The translations under genes and the position numbers were made by a program. A DNA stretch of 63,754 nt, counting the filler, from Candidatus Fermentibacterota bacterium (GTDB taxonomy: Bacteria; JAFGKV01): the NCBI GenBank assembly GCA_016928395.1. It is 6 parts of 6 records of this genome, joined end to end, with 100 filler letters (N's around TTAATTAATTAA, not from the genome) between each part and the next. Parts side by side here need not be neighbours in the genome. Positions count along the whole stretch, not along the records: positions 1 to 12,881 come from JAFGKV010000288.1; positions 12,982 to 18,470 come from JAFGKV010000290.1; positions 18,571 to 29,148 come from JAFGKV010000291.1; 3 more parts are not named here. One strand, given 5' to 3'. The notes beneath the pieces were generated by a model. That model had not been told where the DNA came from. It was given only the letters and a program-made list of their open reading frames with translations, and made no database searches. How positions within the stretch are numbered: position 1 is the first letter of the stretch; each line of letters opens with the position of its first letter. Below are positions 9,281-18,866 of this stretch, piece by piece.

Positions 9281-10381
9281 TTAGACTGGTTCCCCGTAGC
9301 AGACCTCAAACCACCGTTGCACCGAAAGCCTGGCGGCCTCGGACCAGCAGGTGAACCGAGGCGCCGGCCCTGAGTGTGCCAGGAACCGGTGCGCCAACCG
9401 TAGTGCATCCGCCTGGTCTGAGCCCTCGAGGCCCGATGCGCCCAACACGAGCACTTCGGCGCATTCGACGGCTCTGCGCCGGGCATCAAAGCGCCCCGTC
9501 TTGAGCAGAGACCGCAGGGTGGGGCGCACCGGCAGAAACCGGCGTCGCCACAGAGCCTGGGCCACGTGGGAGGCAGAGGCAGATGGGCTGCCGACAAAGC
9601 TCCCGACTTCAGCAATCAGCCGCCCGCAGGCGAGGCGCCACAGATCCGTGCTCCAGCGTCGCGGCCCGGGCTCCACTCGGAAGGAGAGCGCTTCCTCCGC
9701 GGCTTCTGCAAGCGGGTCGTCTGGCGCCAGGGCCTTGAACCGGGCCACCTTCTCACGGTAGGGTACGACGTAGGTTCCCGCCTTGACCAACGCGGCATCC
9801 ACCACCGCCAACACGGCCTTGCTCACCTGGGAGGGAAAGCGCGTAGGATCGGGCATTTCGCCCGTGAGTTCCTGTGGCGGGCATTCCAGGAGACAGACCA
9901 TCCTGTTCAAGAGCAGAATCAAGGCCTCGGTGCGGGCTACCGGGACCGCGGGAATATCGTGGAGCGGGCCGGCAGTTCCCCGCAGAAGCCCGTGGCCTCG
10001 TCGGGCATCGATCACCAGCATCGTGTCCGCGGCGCGAACCAGATCGCCAGGAGTGAACGGCACGATATCCAGACCGGGAAGACCCAGGTCCTTCTTCAGC
10101 TCGGCGCAGAGCGGCCCGATCCGCTCCCATCCGCTCCTCGTGGGGGTGACAAGGAGCAGATCATAGTCGTTCCACGGTGCGAATCCCGCCTCGGTGCGTG
10201 CCATGGCGCCCTCGCCCCTGCCGAAGGCGCCGATCACGGCCAAGGTCAGGAGTTCCCCAAACGCCGCCGCTACCCCGTCTGCGATTCGCCGAAGGTCGTT
10301 TCGGGCTCTGGCCTCGGCCTCGGGAAGACCGGATGCCGTGAGTCGGCCCACGGCAGGCGAATCATCGGAGATAGTCGGCAA
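9281..10381 (-). CDS. Pol-beta-type nucleotidyltransferase-fold protein
   Basis: IGAFGRGEG...NDYDLLLV fits the hG[GS]-x-DhD motif; helical C-terminal half. Confidence 0.6.
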   Translation of the reverse strand: MPTISDDSPAVGRLTASGLPEAEARARNDLRRIADGVAAAFGELLTLAVIGAFGRGEGAMARTEAGFAPWNDYDLLLVTPTRSGWERIGPLCAELKKDLGLPGLDIVPFTPGDLVRAADTMLVIDARRGHGLLRGTAGPLHDIPAVPVARTEALILLLNRMVCLLECPPQELTGEMPDPTRFPSQVSKAVLAVVDAALVKAGTYVVPYREKVARFKALAPDDPLAEAAEEALSFRVEPGPRRWSTDLWRLACGRLIAEVGSFVGSPSASASHVAQALWRRRFLPVRPTLRSLLKTGRFDARRRAVECAEVLVLGASGLEGSDQADALRLAHRFLAHSGPAPRFTCWSEAARLSVQRWFEVCYGEPV

Positions 10382-11702
10382 AGATCCCTATCTGTCGGGC
10401 CAGCATACCCAGCGAGCCCCTGGTGAACCGGCGAACGGCATACGCCGGCCGCAGGTAGTACCTCAGCAATGCGCGGCGCTGCACCGCCTTCAGATCTGCC
10501 CCGGGAAACCGGTAGCCGAAGGGAAAGAAGTCACCAGTGACGGCGTCGCCGAGTTCCTCTGCCATGGGAGTGCCGGGGTATGGCTCCAAGACATGGAACG
10601 AGGCGTAGGTCGGCGCCAGTTCTTTGGCGAACTCCACCGTCGCCTCCATGTCGGTGGGCGTTTCGCCCGGGAACCCGAACATGAAGAAGCAGGCGGTCTC
10701 CATGCCGGCGTCTTGGGCCATGCTGACTCCCCTGCGGATGGTCTCCGTAGTCTCGCCCTTGCGAATGCTGACCAGCACGCGGTCGCTGCCCGACTCGACG
10801 CCGAAGTGCACCAGGCGGCACCCGGTGTGCCGCATCCGCTTCAGAAGCGCCTCATCCAGGCTGTCGGCTCTGGTCTGGCAGCACCACGAGACATCGCGGC
10901 CCAGGCGTTCCATGCAATCGCATACGGCCAAGGCACTGGCACGGTCGATGGTGAACTCGATATCGATGAAGTAGAGGCTGCGGACCCCGTGGGTAAGCAC
11001 GGCTTCCCGAATCTCACGACAGACATTGTCCGCGGGTTTGCGGCGGAACGCGCGCCCGCCGTACATGGCCCGTAGGCAGAAGCGGCACCCATGGGGACAG
11101 CCCCGGGTCGCCTCGAGCAACATGAGATGGTCGCCCAGCACTTCGTAGCGATACCGTTGCATGGGCAGCAGTTCCATGGCAGGCGCGGGCAAGGCGCCCA
11201 GGTCGAGCAGTGGCCGGGGGCTGGTGGTGATGAGGGCGCCGTTCTCAAGGTATGCCACACCCGGCGTCGCCTCCCGGCTGCCGCGCGCCAGATCCCGCAT
11301 GGTCGCTTCAGGCTCGCCGATAACCGCCGCATAGGCGCCGGTGGCCCGCAGCATCTGTGCCGGGCGAACCGTGCCGTGCACTCCCACGACGACTACCCTG
11401 GGAACGACCTGCTTTACCGCCTCGACTGCGGCCAGGAACGGATCCAGCTCGGTATTGGGACAGACCCACTTGTCCAGCGTAGAACTGGTGACAAACGCCA
11501 ACTCAGCGCCGCGAACCCGCTCCGCCAGGCCTTCGGCCTCGATTCTTTCGGCATTGGCATCCACTACGGACACGGCAATGCCGGCATCACGGATCATCGC
11601 AGCGGCGGTCGCCAGCGACAGCGGCGGCCACACGCGGTTGTACACCGGGCCCCGGAGCCTTCTGCCTCTGGTCCACAGAGGATTGACGAGCACGACGCTC
11701 AC
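10362..11702 (-). CDS. B12-binding-domain radical SAM protein
   Basis: WPPLSLATAAA, VVGVHGT, TRGCPHGCRFC, FGVESG, FMFGFPGET. Confidence 0.92.
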   Translation of the reverse strand: MSVVLVNPLWTRGRRLRGPVYNRVWPPLSLATAAAMIRDAGIAVSVVDANAERIEAEGLAERVRGAELAFVTSSTLDKWVCPNTELDPFLAAVEAVKQVVPRVVVVGVHGTVRPAQMLRATGAYAAVIGEPEATMRDLARGSREATPGVAYLENGALITTSPRPLLDLGALPAPAMELLPMQRYRYEVLGDHLMLLEATRGCPHGCRFCLRAMYGGRAFRRKPADNVCREIREAVLTHGVRSLYFIDIEFTIDRASALAVCDCMERLGRDVSWCCQTRADSLDEALLKRMRHTGCRLVHFGVESGSDRVLVSIRKGETTETIRRGVSMAQDAGMETACFFMFGFPGETPTDMEATVEFAKELAPTYASFHVLEPYPGTPMAEELGDAVTGDFFPFGYRFPGADLKAVQRRALLRYYLRPAYAVRRFTRGSLGMLARQIGIFADYLR

Positions 11703-11969
11703 GTCAGACTCCCTGTGACGGTGGCTCTTTCTGATGGATACAGCACCACGTACCTCTGTGTGAAGTGTGGATCGGGAGGACAGCGGGGCTCACCGCGGAC
11801 GCCGCACGATACCCGACGGGTGATTCGAGGTTTATCAGCGCAGAAAGAAGGGGGAGCGGGCGCTGAATCGCAAGGCGTGGCAGTATTTTCCGCGAGGCCA
11901 TCCGCACCTCGCGACCATATCCCCCGTTTCGGCACCGACGCCGACACCGGCGCGAAAGAGATTCGGGCG

Positions 11970-12587
11970 CTATTCCACGATCCTGACGACCTGTTCCAGC
12001 GGAGCCTTCCGGGGACCCGCCACCGGGTAGGCGGCATAACCGACCGGGACCACGGCCATGAACTCTCCCTGGGGCTCGCCCAGGAAGGAAAGCACATCAT
12101 CCTTGATGAGGAATAGGATGCCCAGCCACACTGTGGCAACGCCAAGGGATGTCGCCGCCACCAGCATGTTCTCCACCGCCGCCGCGGAGTTCTGGATCTC
12201 CATGGTGCGGAAGAAGTCGCGGGCGGAGTCTTCGCCGACCCCGAACAGCTCTGCTCCCCGGGCGATGAGTTCACCGGTATTCGAAACGGCGATTACGACG
12301 GGAGCGCTGACTATGCTTCGCGCCGCCATGCGCAGCAGGGTCGAGGCGGGGCGGGGGAACCCCGCGGCATGCGAAGTTACCAGATGGGCGAGAGCCTTTT
12401 TCTTCTCGCCGCGCACGACGACAAAGCGCCATGACTGCTGGTTGTGCGCCGAAGGCGCTTGGTTGGCGGCACGCAGGATCGCGGTGATGTGGTCATCAGG
12501 AACGAGCCTGCCGGTGAACATGCGGACACTGTGGCGGTTGGCGATGGAATCCAGCGTCTCATTGCGGACAGGACGTGACGCGGTCAT
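11970..12587 (-). CDS. Nitroreductase family protein
   Basis: RHSVRMF, APSAHNQQSWRF, AAVENMLVAATSLGVATVW, VPVGY; start at 12587 after a GGAGGT RBS. Confidence 0.92.
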   Translation of the reverse strand: MTASRPVRNETLDSIANRHSVRMFTGRLVPDDHITAILRAANQAPSAHNQQSWRFVVVRGEKKKALAHLVTSHAAGFPRPASTLLRMAARSIVSAPVVIAVSNTGELIARGAELFGVGEDSARDFFRTMEIQNSAAAVENMLVAATSLGVATVWLGILFLIKDDVLSFLGEPQGEFMAVVPVGYAAYPVAGPRKAPLEQVVRIVE

Positions 12588-12718
12588 GGCTACCTCCGGC
12601 AGGACGAGGCGCACGGGGAATGGGGGCACGGAAACAGAGAGGAATGAATGGGGGAATCTGTGAGCCCGTCAACGTCAGACCGCCCACCGCCCGCGGCAGC
12701 TCCCGTGGCGCGGCCCGC

Positions 12719-12880
12719 CTACCTGATCACCACCAAGGGCGTGCGCCCCACGAATCCCTCTGTCCGCATCTGCAGGATGTACGTCGCCGGGGGCACCCGC
12801 GTGCCGGACCGAGTTCGGAGATCCCACACAAACTCATGAGTTCCCTCCCCGCGCGGTCCCTCCCACCTCTTACTCAAGAG
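12719..12880 (-). CDS. 3' end of a secreted protein (FlgD-Ig/T9SS-like C-terminal domain), cut by the contig end; not in the ORF track
   Basis: Hand translation: LLSKRWEGPRGEGTHEFVWDLRTRSGTRVPPATYILQMRTEGFVGRTPLVVIR*, the same WD..G..V.PG.Y...LVVxR tail as other secreted proteins here. Confidence 0.8.
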   Translation of the reverse strand, partial: LLSKRWEGPRGEGTHEFVWDLRTRSGTRVPPATYILQMRTEGFVGRTPLVVIR

Positions 12881-12881
12881 C

Positions 12882-12981
12882 NNNNNNNNNNNNNNNNNNN
12901 NNNNNNNNNNNNNNNNNNNNNNNNNTTAATTAATTAANNNNNNNNNNNNNNNNNNNNNNNNNNNNNNNNNNNNNNNNNNNN
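12882..12981. other. Artificial contig-join spacer
   Basis: N run + TTAATTAATTAA (stops in all six frames) + N run, 100 nt. Confidence 0.99.
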
Positions 12982-13230
12982 CGGGGGTTCGGGGCCGGTA
13001 TCGCCATCGGAATCGACGAGTCGGGCATTCGAGTACGAGTACGAGCTCTGCATGTTCTCTCACACAAGGGAGGACTGCCGGACCGGCTCCTCCCTTGGGC
13101 AAGGGGCGGTTGGGAGGGATTTGCCCCTCTGGATGAATGGATGAGTGGACGTTCTGGGTTCCGAATACTGCGAAGCCCCCAATGCCGACTGCGCACCGCT
13201 CGGCTCAACCCTCTCTGTGCCTCCGCGTCA
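12982..13230. repeat. Intergenic mosaic of short repeats and palindromes
   Basis: GGTATCGCCATCGGAATC hexamers, TCGAGTACGAGTACGAG, CCCTTGGGCAAGGG palindrome, GGATGAAT/GGATGAGT octamers; shares TCGAGTACGAGTACG...GCATGTTCT with 218-248 (reverse). Confidence 0.7.
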
Positions 13231-13293
13231 AATAGGTGATCTCCCGGAACAGGCCCGGGGACACTTTCCCTTCTTCTTGAAGGAGCACCTCCA

Positions 13294-15762
13294 GTGAACG
13301 CGAATCATCTCCGCATCATCACGTGCACCCTTGCCGCATCATACTCCTCCGTTCTGGGAGCGCTGACGCCGCCGCCGCATCCTCTGTTCGACGGGGACGC
13401 GGTGCACGAGATACGGCTGACCTTCCACCAGGAGGCCTGGTGGGATTCGTTGACCCTGAACTACGAAGGCCAGCAAGACCCGCACTATCTGGCCGCTGAG
13501 TTCAGTTGGGCCGGCATTCACTTCGACAGCATCGGCGTTCGCTTCAAGGGCAACAGCAGCTACCACAGCGCCTTGGGCCTGAAGAAGTCGTTCAAGCTGG
13601 ATATCGATGAGTACGCGACTGGGCAAACGGTCTATGGTATGGACAAGCTGAACTTGAACAACGTCTTCCACGATCCGACCTTCGTCCGTGAACCCTGCTG
13701 CTATGAGCTGTGCTCGTCAGTGGGACTCCCCACTGTGCGCACCAACTATGCCGCACTGTACATCAATGACCAGTTCTGGGGCCTCTACATCCTCGTCGAA
13801 CAGTTCGATGCCGAGTTCATTGAGAGCCGGTTCGGCCTCGGCGAAGAGGGAAACCTCTGGAAGGGCGATCCCCACGGAAGCCTCATCTACCGTGGCCCTA
13901 ACGAATCCGACTACTACCCGGAGTATGAGCTGGAGACCAATGAGGAGGAGAACGACTGGTCGGCCCTGGTGGAGTTGATAGACGGCCTGAATAATATCCC
14001 GCCCGGTGAACTTCCCGAAATGATGTCATCTCTGATGGACGTGAACTCCGCCCTGGCCATGCTGGCCATCGACAACTTCACGGTGAATCTCGATTCCTAC
14101 ATAGGCCGTTGTGCCAACTACTACATGTACCATCGTGATCGGGATGGACGGTTCGTCTTCTCGAAGTGGGATCTGAACGAAAGCTGGGGCCTGTTCAATG
14201 TGGGGAACATGTCGCCCGACCAGCTCAGGCACCTTGACCCCTTCTGGTTGAATCCCATGCCCGGGGAGATGCGACCCCTGGCCGCCAGGCTCTGGCAGGT
14301 GCCGCTGTACCGAGACATCTACCTCGGCCACATGCGGCGCCTCATGGCCGGCGCGGCGCTGCCCGACACCCTACTGGCTCGCATGAATGCCCTTCGCGAC
14401 ATGATCCGGCCGTTCGTGTATGCTGATCAGAACAAGTTCTTCAGCAATGCCCAGTTCGATGCCGCCATGACAACGGATATCGTGCAGGGCGGCGGCCCCA
14501 ACCCCCGCATCATCCCCGCTCTGGAGCCCTTCATCAGGGGTCGGGATGCATGGCTGCGGCAGGTCATAGGCGAATGGATGGCGCCGGATGGTCTGGTGCT
14601 CAACGAACTGATGGCTAATAACCGGGCGAGCGCGGCCGATGAGCACGGCGACTTCGATGACTGGGTCGAGATCGCCAATGCCGGCTCCGCGCCTGTTGCT
14701 CTGGGCGGCATGATCCTGACCGACAATGTCGGTGATCCCGGGAGCCACTTCGTCTTCCCTGACCTCGTCCTCCAACCCGGCGGATACGTGGTGGTGTGGG
14801 CAGACAATGAGCCGCAGCAGGGTCCCTTTCACGCGCCGTTTGGGCTGGCCAGTGCTGGCGAGGAGGTGCACCTCCTGCAAGGCATGGTGACCATTGACCA
14901 GGTCACCTACCCGCAACTGGGGGTGGACGTCTCCTGGGGCCGGTGGCCCGACGGTACGGGGGCATGGCAGCTCCTGGCCCAGGCCACTCCCGGAGCCCAA
15001 AACGAGAACACGACCGACCCCGAGGAGATCGTGCTCTTCATCAACGAGTTTCTGGCGCTCAATACGGGCACGAACCAGGACGAGGCCGGAGAGTATGACG
15101 ACTGGGTCGAGATCTACAATCCCGGGCCCGATCCGGTGCAGATGGGCGGCCTCTTCCTCACCGATGACCTGTCATTCACCACAAAGTGGGCGTTCCCGGA
15201 CACGGTGCTGGAATCCGGGGCGTTCATGCTCCTCTGGTGCGACGATGACGATAACGGCCCCTTCCACGCGTCCTTCAAACTCAGCGCCGACGGCGAGGAA
15301 CTGGGGCTCTTCGGCCGGATCTCCGCAGGCAATGCCCTCATCGACTCCCACGTCTTCGGCCCCCAGGAGGCTGACAGGAGCGAAGGCCGCCTGCCTGACG
15401 GCGGCGATACCTGGGTTCGGTTCTTTGAGCCGACGCCCATTGCGAGCAACAATGGCGCGGCAGGGGCCGACCCTGCACTGCCCCTCGAGTACGCGCTGCT
15501 GCCCCCTTGCCCCAACCCATTCAGCCACTCGACCGAAATTCGGTTCGTCGCTCCCGTTCGCGGCAGGATGCACCTCGGCGTGTACGATCTCTCCGGCCGG
15601 CATATCGTCACCCTTGCGGATGGCGTGTGTGAGGGGGGTGCATTCCGGATTACGTGGGATGGGAGGGAAGACCACGGCCGCCGCGTTGGGGCCGGTGCGT
15701 ATCTCTTACGGATGGAGGCCGGGGAGTCCGTCTCCACCCGCCGTCTGGTCGTCCTGCGCTGA
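13294..15762 (+). CDS. Secreted CotH-family kinase with two lamin-tail domains and an FlgD-Ig/T9SS-like tail
   Basis: GVRFKGNSS, KKSFKLD, NLDSY, NYYMY, WDLNESW (CotH); LNELMA..DWVEI and INEFLA..DWVEI (LTD); PNPF...WDG...GAY..RRLVVLR. Confidence 0.88.
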   Translation: MNANHLRIITCTLAASYSSVLGALTPPPHPLFDGDAVHEIRLTFHQEAWWDSLTLNYEGQQDPHYLAAEFSWAGIHFDSIGVRFKGNSSYHSALGLKKSFKLDIDEYATGQTVYGMDKLNLNNVFHDPTFVREPCCYELCSSVGLPTVRTNYAALYINDQFWGLYILVEQFDAEFIESRFGLGEEGNLWKGDPHGSLIYRGPNESDYYPEYELETNEEENDWSALVELIDGLNNIPPGELPEMMSSLMDVNSALAMLAIDNFTVNLDSYIGRCANYYMYHRDRDGRFVFSKWDLNESWGLFNVGNMSPDQLRHLDPFWLNPMPGEMRPLAARLWQVPLYRDIYLGHMRRLMAGAALPDTLLARMNALRDMIRPFVYADQNKFFSNAQFDAAMTTDIVQGGGPNPRIIPALEPFIRGRDAWLRQVIGEWMAPDGLVLNELMANNRASAADEHGDFDDWVEIANAGSAPVALGGMILTDNVGDPGSHFVFPDLVLQPGGYVVVWADNEPQQGPFHAPFGLASAGEEVHLLQGMVTIDQVTYPQLGVDVSWGRWPDGTGAWQLLAQATPGAQNENTTDPEEIVLFINEFLALNTGTNQDEAGEYDDWVEIYNPGPDPVQMGGLFLTDDLSFTTKWAFPDTVLESGAFMLLWCDDDDNGPFHASFKLSADGEELGLFGRISAGNALIDSHVFGPQEADRSEGRLPDGGDTWVRFFEPTPIASNNGAAGADPALPLEYALLPPCPNPFSHSTEIRFVAPVRGRMHLGVYDLSGRHIVTLADGVCEGGAFRITWDGREDHGRRVGAGAYLLRMEAGESVSTRRLVVLR

Positions 15763-15991
15763 GCCTGAACCGCTTCCCGTTCCTCGGAGCGCAGGCATTG
15801 TCATGCGAGCGTCTTGAGGGACTCGCGTGACTGGTGAGCGAGACAAGAGCCCGGAACGCAACGCTACGGGGTCAAACCTGATCCTCATGAAGGCGAAACA
15901 CACGGGCCACCGTGCGGGAACGGAGAGACGACGTCCGTGTCGTCGGCAGGGGTTGTGCGGTAACTACCGAGGGCAAGCGACCTTGCTGGTG

Positions 15992-16027
15992 ATATAGGAC
16001 GTGTCATATATGTGACAGATCCTATAT
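15992..16027. promoter_or_regulatory. AT-rich imperfect palindrome, candidate operator
   Basis: ATATAGGA-CG-TGTCA-TATATG-TGACA-GA-TCCTATAT, 13 of 15 arm positions complementary, in a GC-rich background. Confidence 0.45.
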
Positions 16028-16594
16028 ATGATTCGTCCTATGCAAATCAGCTATGAATGTCAGGGAATCGTGGGGGCTCAAGGCTCCTCTGCACCCTGTC
16101 AGACCCCCTTGTCTGCGCCACACAGGAACGCTGGCGAGACGCCGATGTGCTGGTCAAGGATCGATCGCTGGAGACGCTCGCGCAGCCACGTGCCATGCGG
16201 GACGCGTATGATCCATGGTCAACGTTGCACACCCCTCCCAAGGAACTTCGGCCTGGACACGACGAGATCAAACCCCCGCAATCACCGTCCCGGACTGGGA
16301 GTATCCTCCGAGCGGCATGTAGGAGAGAAGCCTGGGCTTCTTGTCACCGTCAAGACGAGAACATCGCGTCTGACGGCACGTTGGCAGGGTTGACGCACTA
16401 CAGCGTGGTTCGCTTTCTCTCCGGTGCATGCGAAGTTGCTCTGACCGGGCGCAGTGCGCGCACGGCGACGGTGCCCACAACGTATTGTGCGCCTTCCCGG
16501 CCGGAGAATCGCCACTTTCCCGGCGTGCCGCCAGTCCGGCCGCTACGGTGGATTTCGCCGTGTTCTGTGACGCGGCCCGGCGGTTCATGAGAGG

Positions 16595-18316
16595 GTGCAC
16601 TTGAGGCGATCAATGCAGGCTTTATCGAAGGCGCGACGGCAGCGGCTTTTCCCGGCAGCAGTCCTCCCGGCCGTCATGCTGGTGTATGCCGCGACTCTCG
16701 TAGTAATGCCGTCAGGGGGCTTCTGGATCAATGACAACGGGTGCAAGTTTCTCCAGATGACGGGGCTCGTTCAGAACGGATACCGAGACGTTTCCATTCC
16801 GTGGCCCGGACGAGACATAGATCCGGCCTACCTCTTCAACCCGCTGCCGAGCCCATTCGGAGAGCTGTTCAGGGGGAGGCTCTACGGGTTTTACTCACAC
16901 CCCTTCACTCTTGTATCCTCCATTCCGTACCGGCTCCTCGGCTTCCGAGGGATCTATGTCATTCCACTGGTGAGCGCGTTCTTTTTACTGTTGGCGGTCA
17001 GGTCACTGGCGGATCGTCTTCCGGGCCGCCCCCGAAGCCTCGCAGTCGGAATAGTGGGCCTCTGCACGCCGGTGTGGTTCTATGGCGTAGACTTCTGGGA
17101 ACACCTTCCCGCCTGCTGCCTCGTAGCGTGGAGTGTCGTCGCAATCCTCAGGTTTCACGCTCGGCCGACCTCTCGCTCTGTGGCGCTCTGTGCGTTCTTC
17201 CTGGGAACGGCCATCTACTTTCGGGATGACCTCTACCTCTTCGGGCTGCCGCTGCTGGCTGCGGTCGCCCTGATGCGGCCTTTTCGGTGGCCCCATGTGG
17301 CGCTTTTCGGCGCGACTGCCGCGCTGACCCTGGCGCCGTTATGGGCGTTCAACCTGATCCAGTTTCACCATCCGCTCGGCCTCCGTCTCCTCTCCGCCGC
17401 GTCAGGGAGCGGCGGCGTGCTGCGCCATCTTGCCGACAGGCCAAAGGTGTTCGACCTGTTGCTGCTGAACGGTCACGGGAAAGCTGCTCTCTCGCTCATC
17501 GCCACGCTGCCGTTCGCGTTTCTGCTTTTCGTACCGTTCGCTGTGGGCACCCGATGGCGTGAGCCCGCGATGTTGGCGTTGGCCGTCTTGGGTCTCGCGA
17601 GCGGGACGATCATCGCGAGCGGGCATCTCCTCGCCGATCGGCCGATGTGGTGGCTCATGCAAGCCAACGGCCTCTTTGCGGCGTCACCTGTGGTGGTCTT
17701 CGCGTTGATCCGAGTAGGAAAACAAGGTGCCTCGGGACCATCAGACAGTGGGGCCCGCCTGATACGACTGATCGCGGCGGCGTATGCGGGAATCTACGTG
17801 CTCCTATCCCCCCTGGCCAATACGGCCGGGATCCACTGGGGATGCCGGCTCTTGCTCCCGCTCTACCCGCTCCTGGGCGTACTGTCCGCGTCTGCCATCA
17901 GCGTGTGGTGGGCGGAGTCTCCGGGCCGTAACCTCGCGGGGGTCCTCGCTGCCACGGTGATTGCACTCTCCTTCGGGGTGCAGGCCTATGCCCAGAAGCT
18001 GCAATACGAGCGCAAGTCGTTCTCCGCGGAGCTGAACCGTCTCGTGGCCGAGCGCCCCGAGGACGTGGTGGCCGCAGTGGGCTGGTTCCTCCCCCAGGAA
18101 ATCGCGACCGTCTTCTACGACAAGAAGGTCTTCCTCGTGAAGCGAGAAGACCAACTCGGATACCTGCTCGCCTTCCTGCGTCGCCATGGCGTCCGGGATG
18201 TACTCGTCGTATCGGCTGAGCCCCTTCGGGCCGGCTCCTCCCCGGCGACTTGCCTCCTGACGGATGTGCTGAACTTCATTTCCGTGCGTCTCGTGCCGCT
18301 CAGGCTGACGCCATAG
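16595..18316 (+). CDS. Polytopic membrane protein, putative GT-C/PMT-like glycosyltransferase
   Basis: Multiple TM segments; loop FWINDNGCKFLQ, FWEHLPA, HWGCRLLLP; start may be ATG 16613. Confidence 0.6.
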   Translation: MHLRRSMQALSKARRQRLFPAAVLPAVMLVYAATLVVMPSGGFWINDNGCKFLQMTGLVQNGYRDVSIPWPGRDIDPAYLFNPLPSPFGELFRGRLYGFYSHPFTLVSSIPYRLLGFRGIYVIPLVSAFFLLLAVRSLADRLPGRPRSLAVGIVGLCTPVWFYGVDFWEHLPACCLVAWSVVAILRFHARPTSRSVALCAFFLGTAIYFRDDLYLFGLPLLAAVALMRPFRWPHVALFGATAALTLAPLWAFNLIQFHHPLGLRLLSAASGSGGVLRHLADRPKVFDLLLLNGHGKAALSLIATLPFAFLLFVPFAVGTRWREPAMLALAVLGLASGTIIASGHLLADRPMWWLMQANGLFAASPVVVFALIRVGKQGASGPSDSGARLIRLIAAAYAGIYVLLSPLANTAGIHWGCRLLLPLYPLLGVLSASAISVWWAESPGRNLAGVLAATVIALSFGVQAYAQKLQYERKSFSAELNRLVAERPEDVVAAVGWFLPQEIATVFYDKKVFLVKREDQLGYLLAFLRRHGVRDVLVVSAEPLRAGSSPATCLLTDVLNFISVRLVPLRLTP

Positions 18317-18470
18317 ATTGGATGTGTGTGCGAGCACATGAGGATGGGGCACGGGAAGGACTAAAGGAGTGAAGAAGGCCGGTCTAAGCTGTAACTTCAC
18401 CGGGGAGCTCTGCGTTCCTACGCAGCGCATGAGAACCAGCCGGAGGAATGAGGAGCCCGAATGTCATCAC

Positions 18471-18570
18471 NNNNNNNNNNNNNNNNNNNNNNNNNNNNNN
18501 NNNNNNNNNNNNNNTTAATTAATTAANNNNNNNNNNNNNNNNNNNNNNNNNNNNNNNNNNNNNNNNNNNN
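18471..18570. other. Artificial contig-join spacer
   Basis: N run + TTAATTAATTAA + N run. Confidence 0.99.
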
Positions 18571-18812
18571 CAGCGGCGTGCGGGAGGGCAGAGACGCCCT
18601 CCCCTACGGAGGCCTGCGAGGAACCGTTGCCTTGTAGGGGCGGAGCTCTGACTCCGCTCGTGTCGGGCCTGAAGGCCCTCCTACTGTTCGGCTGCGCGGA
18701 ACCGTTGCCGTCGTAGGGGCGACCGTCTCTGGTCGCCCGCAGGAGGGGGAGCTCGGAGTCGGTATCGGTATCGCTCTCGAGAGGCGTACCTCCTAGTACG
18801 AGTACGAGCGCG
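18571..18812. repeat. REP/BIME-like cluster plus hexamer cassette
   Basis: Reverse complement of 307-393, further GTAGGGGCG/CCTAC palindromes, GGTATCGGTATC-GAGGCGTACCTC-AGTACGAGTACGAG. Confidence 0.85.
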
Positions 18813-18848
18813 AAGCTGGGGTGTACTCTCAAACGAACCGCAAGGAGA

Positions 18849-18866
18849 GTGTGACCCAGGTCACAC
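18849..18866. promoter_or_regulatory. CRP/FNR-family-type operator (TGTGA-N6-TCACA)
   Basis: GTGTGACC-CA-GGTCACAC, perfect 8-bp arms containing the CRP consensus, ~245 bp upstream of the S8 peptidase. Confidence 0.5.

Noticed and set aside
11703-11969. Cobalamin riboswitch upstream of the B12-radical SAM operon
   Set aside because: No recognisable B12-box or conserved core motifs on the minus strand
1462-12663. Long plus-strand ORFs opposite the glycan operon, and similar antisense ORFs elsewhere
   Set aside because: Shadow frames typical of high-GC coding DNA; the opposite strand carries clear family motifs
16028-16590. ORFs 16028-16393 and 16057-16590
   Set aside because: Composition unlike real proteins here and no family motifs; may be a remnant but unsupported
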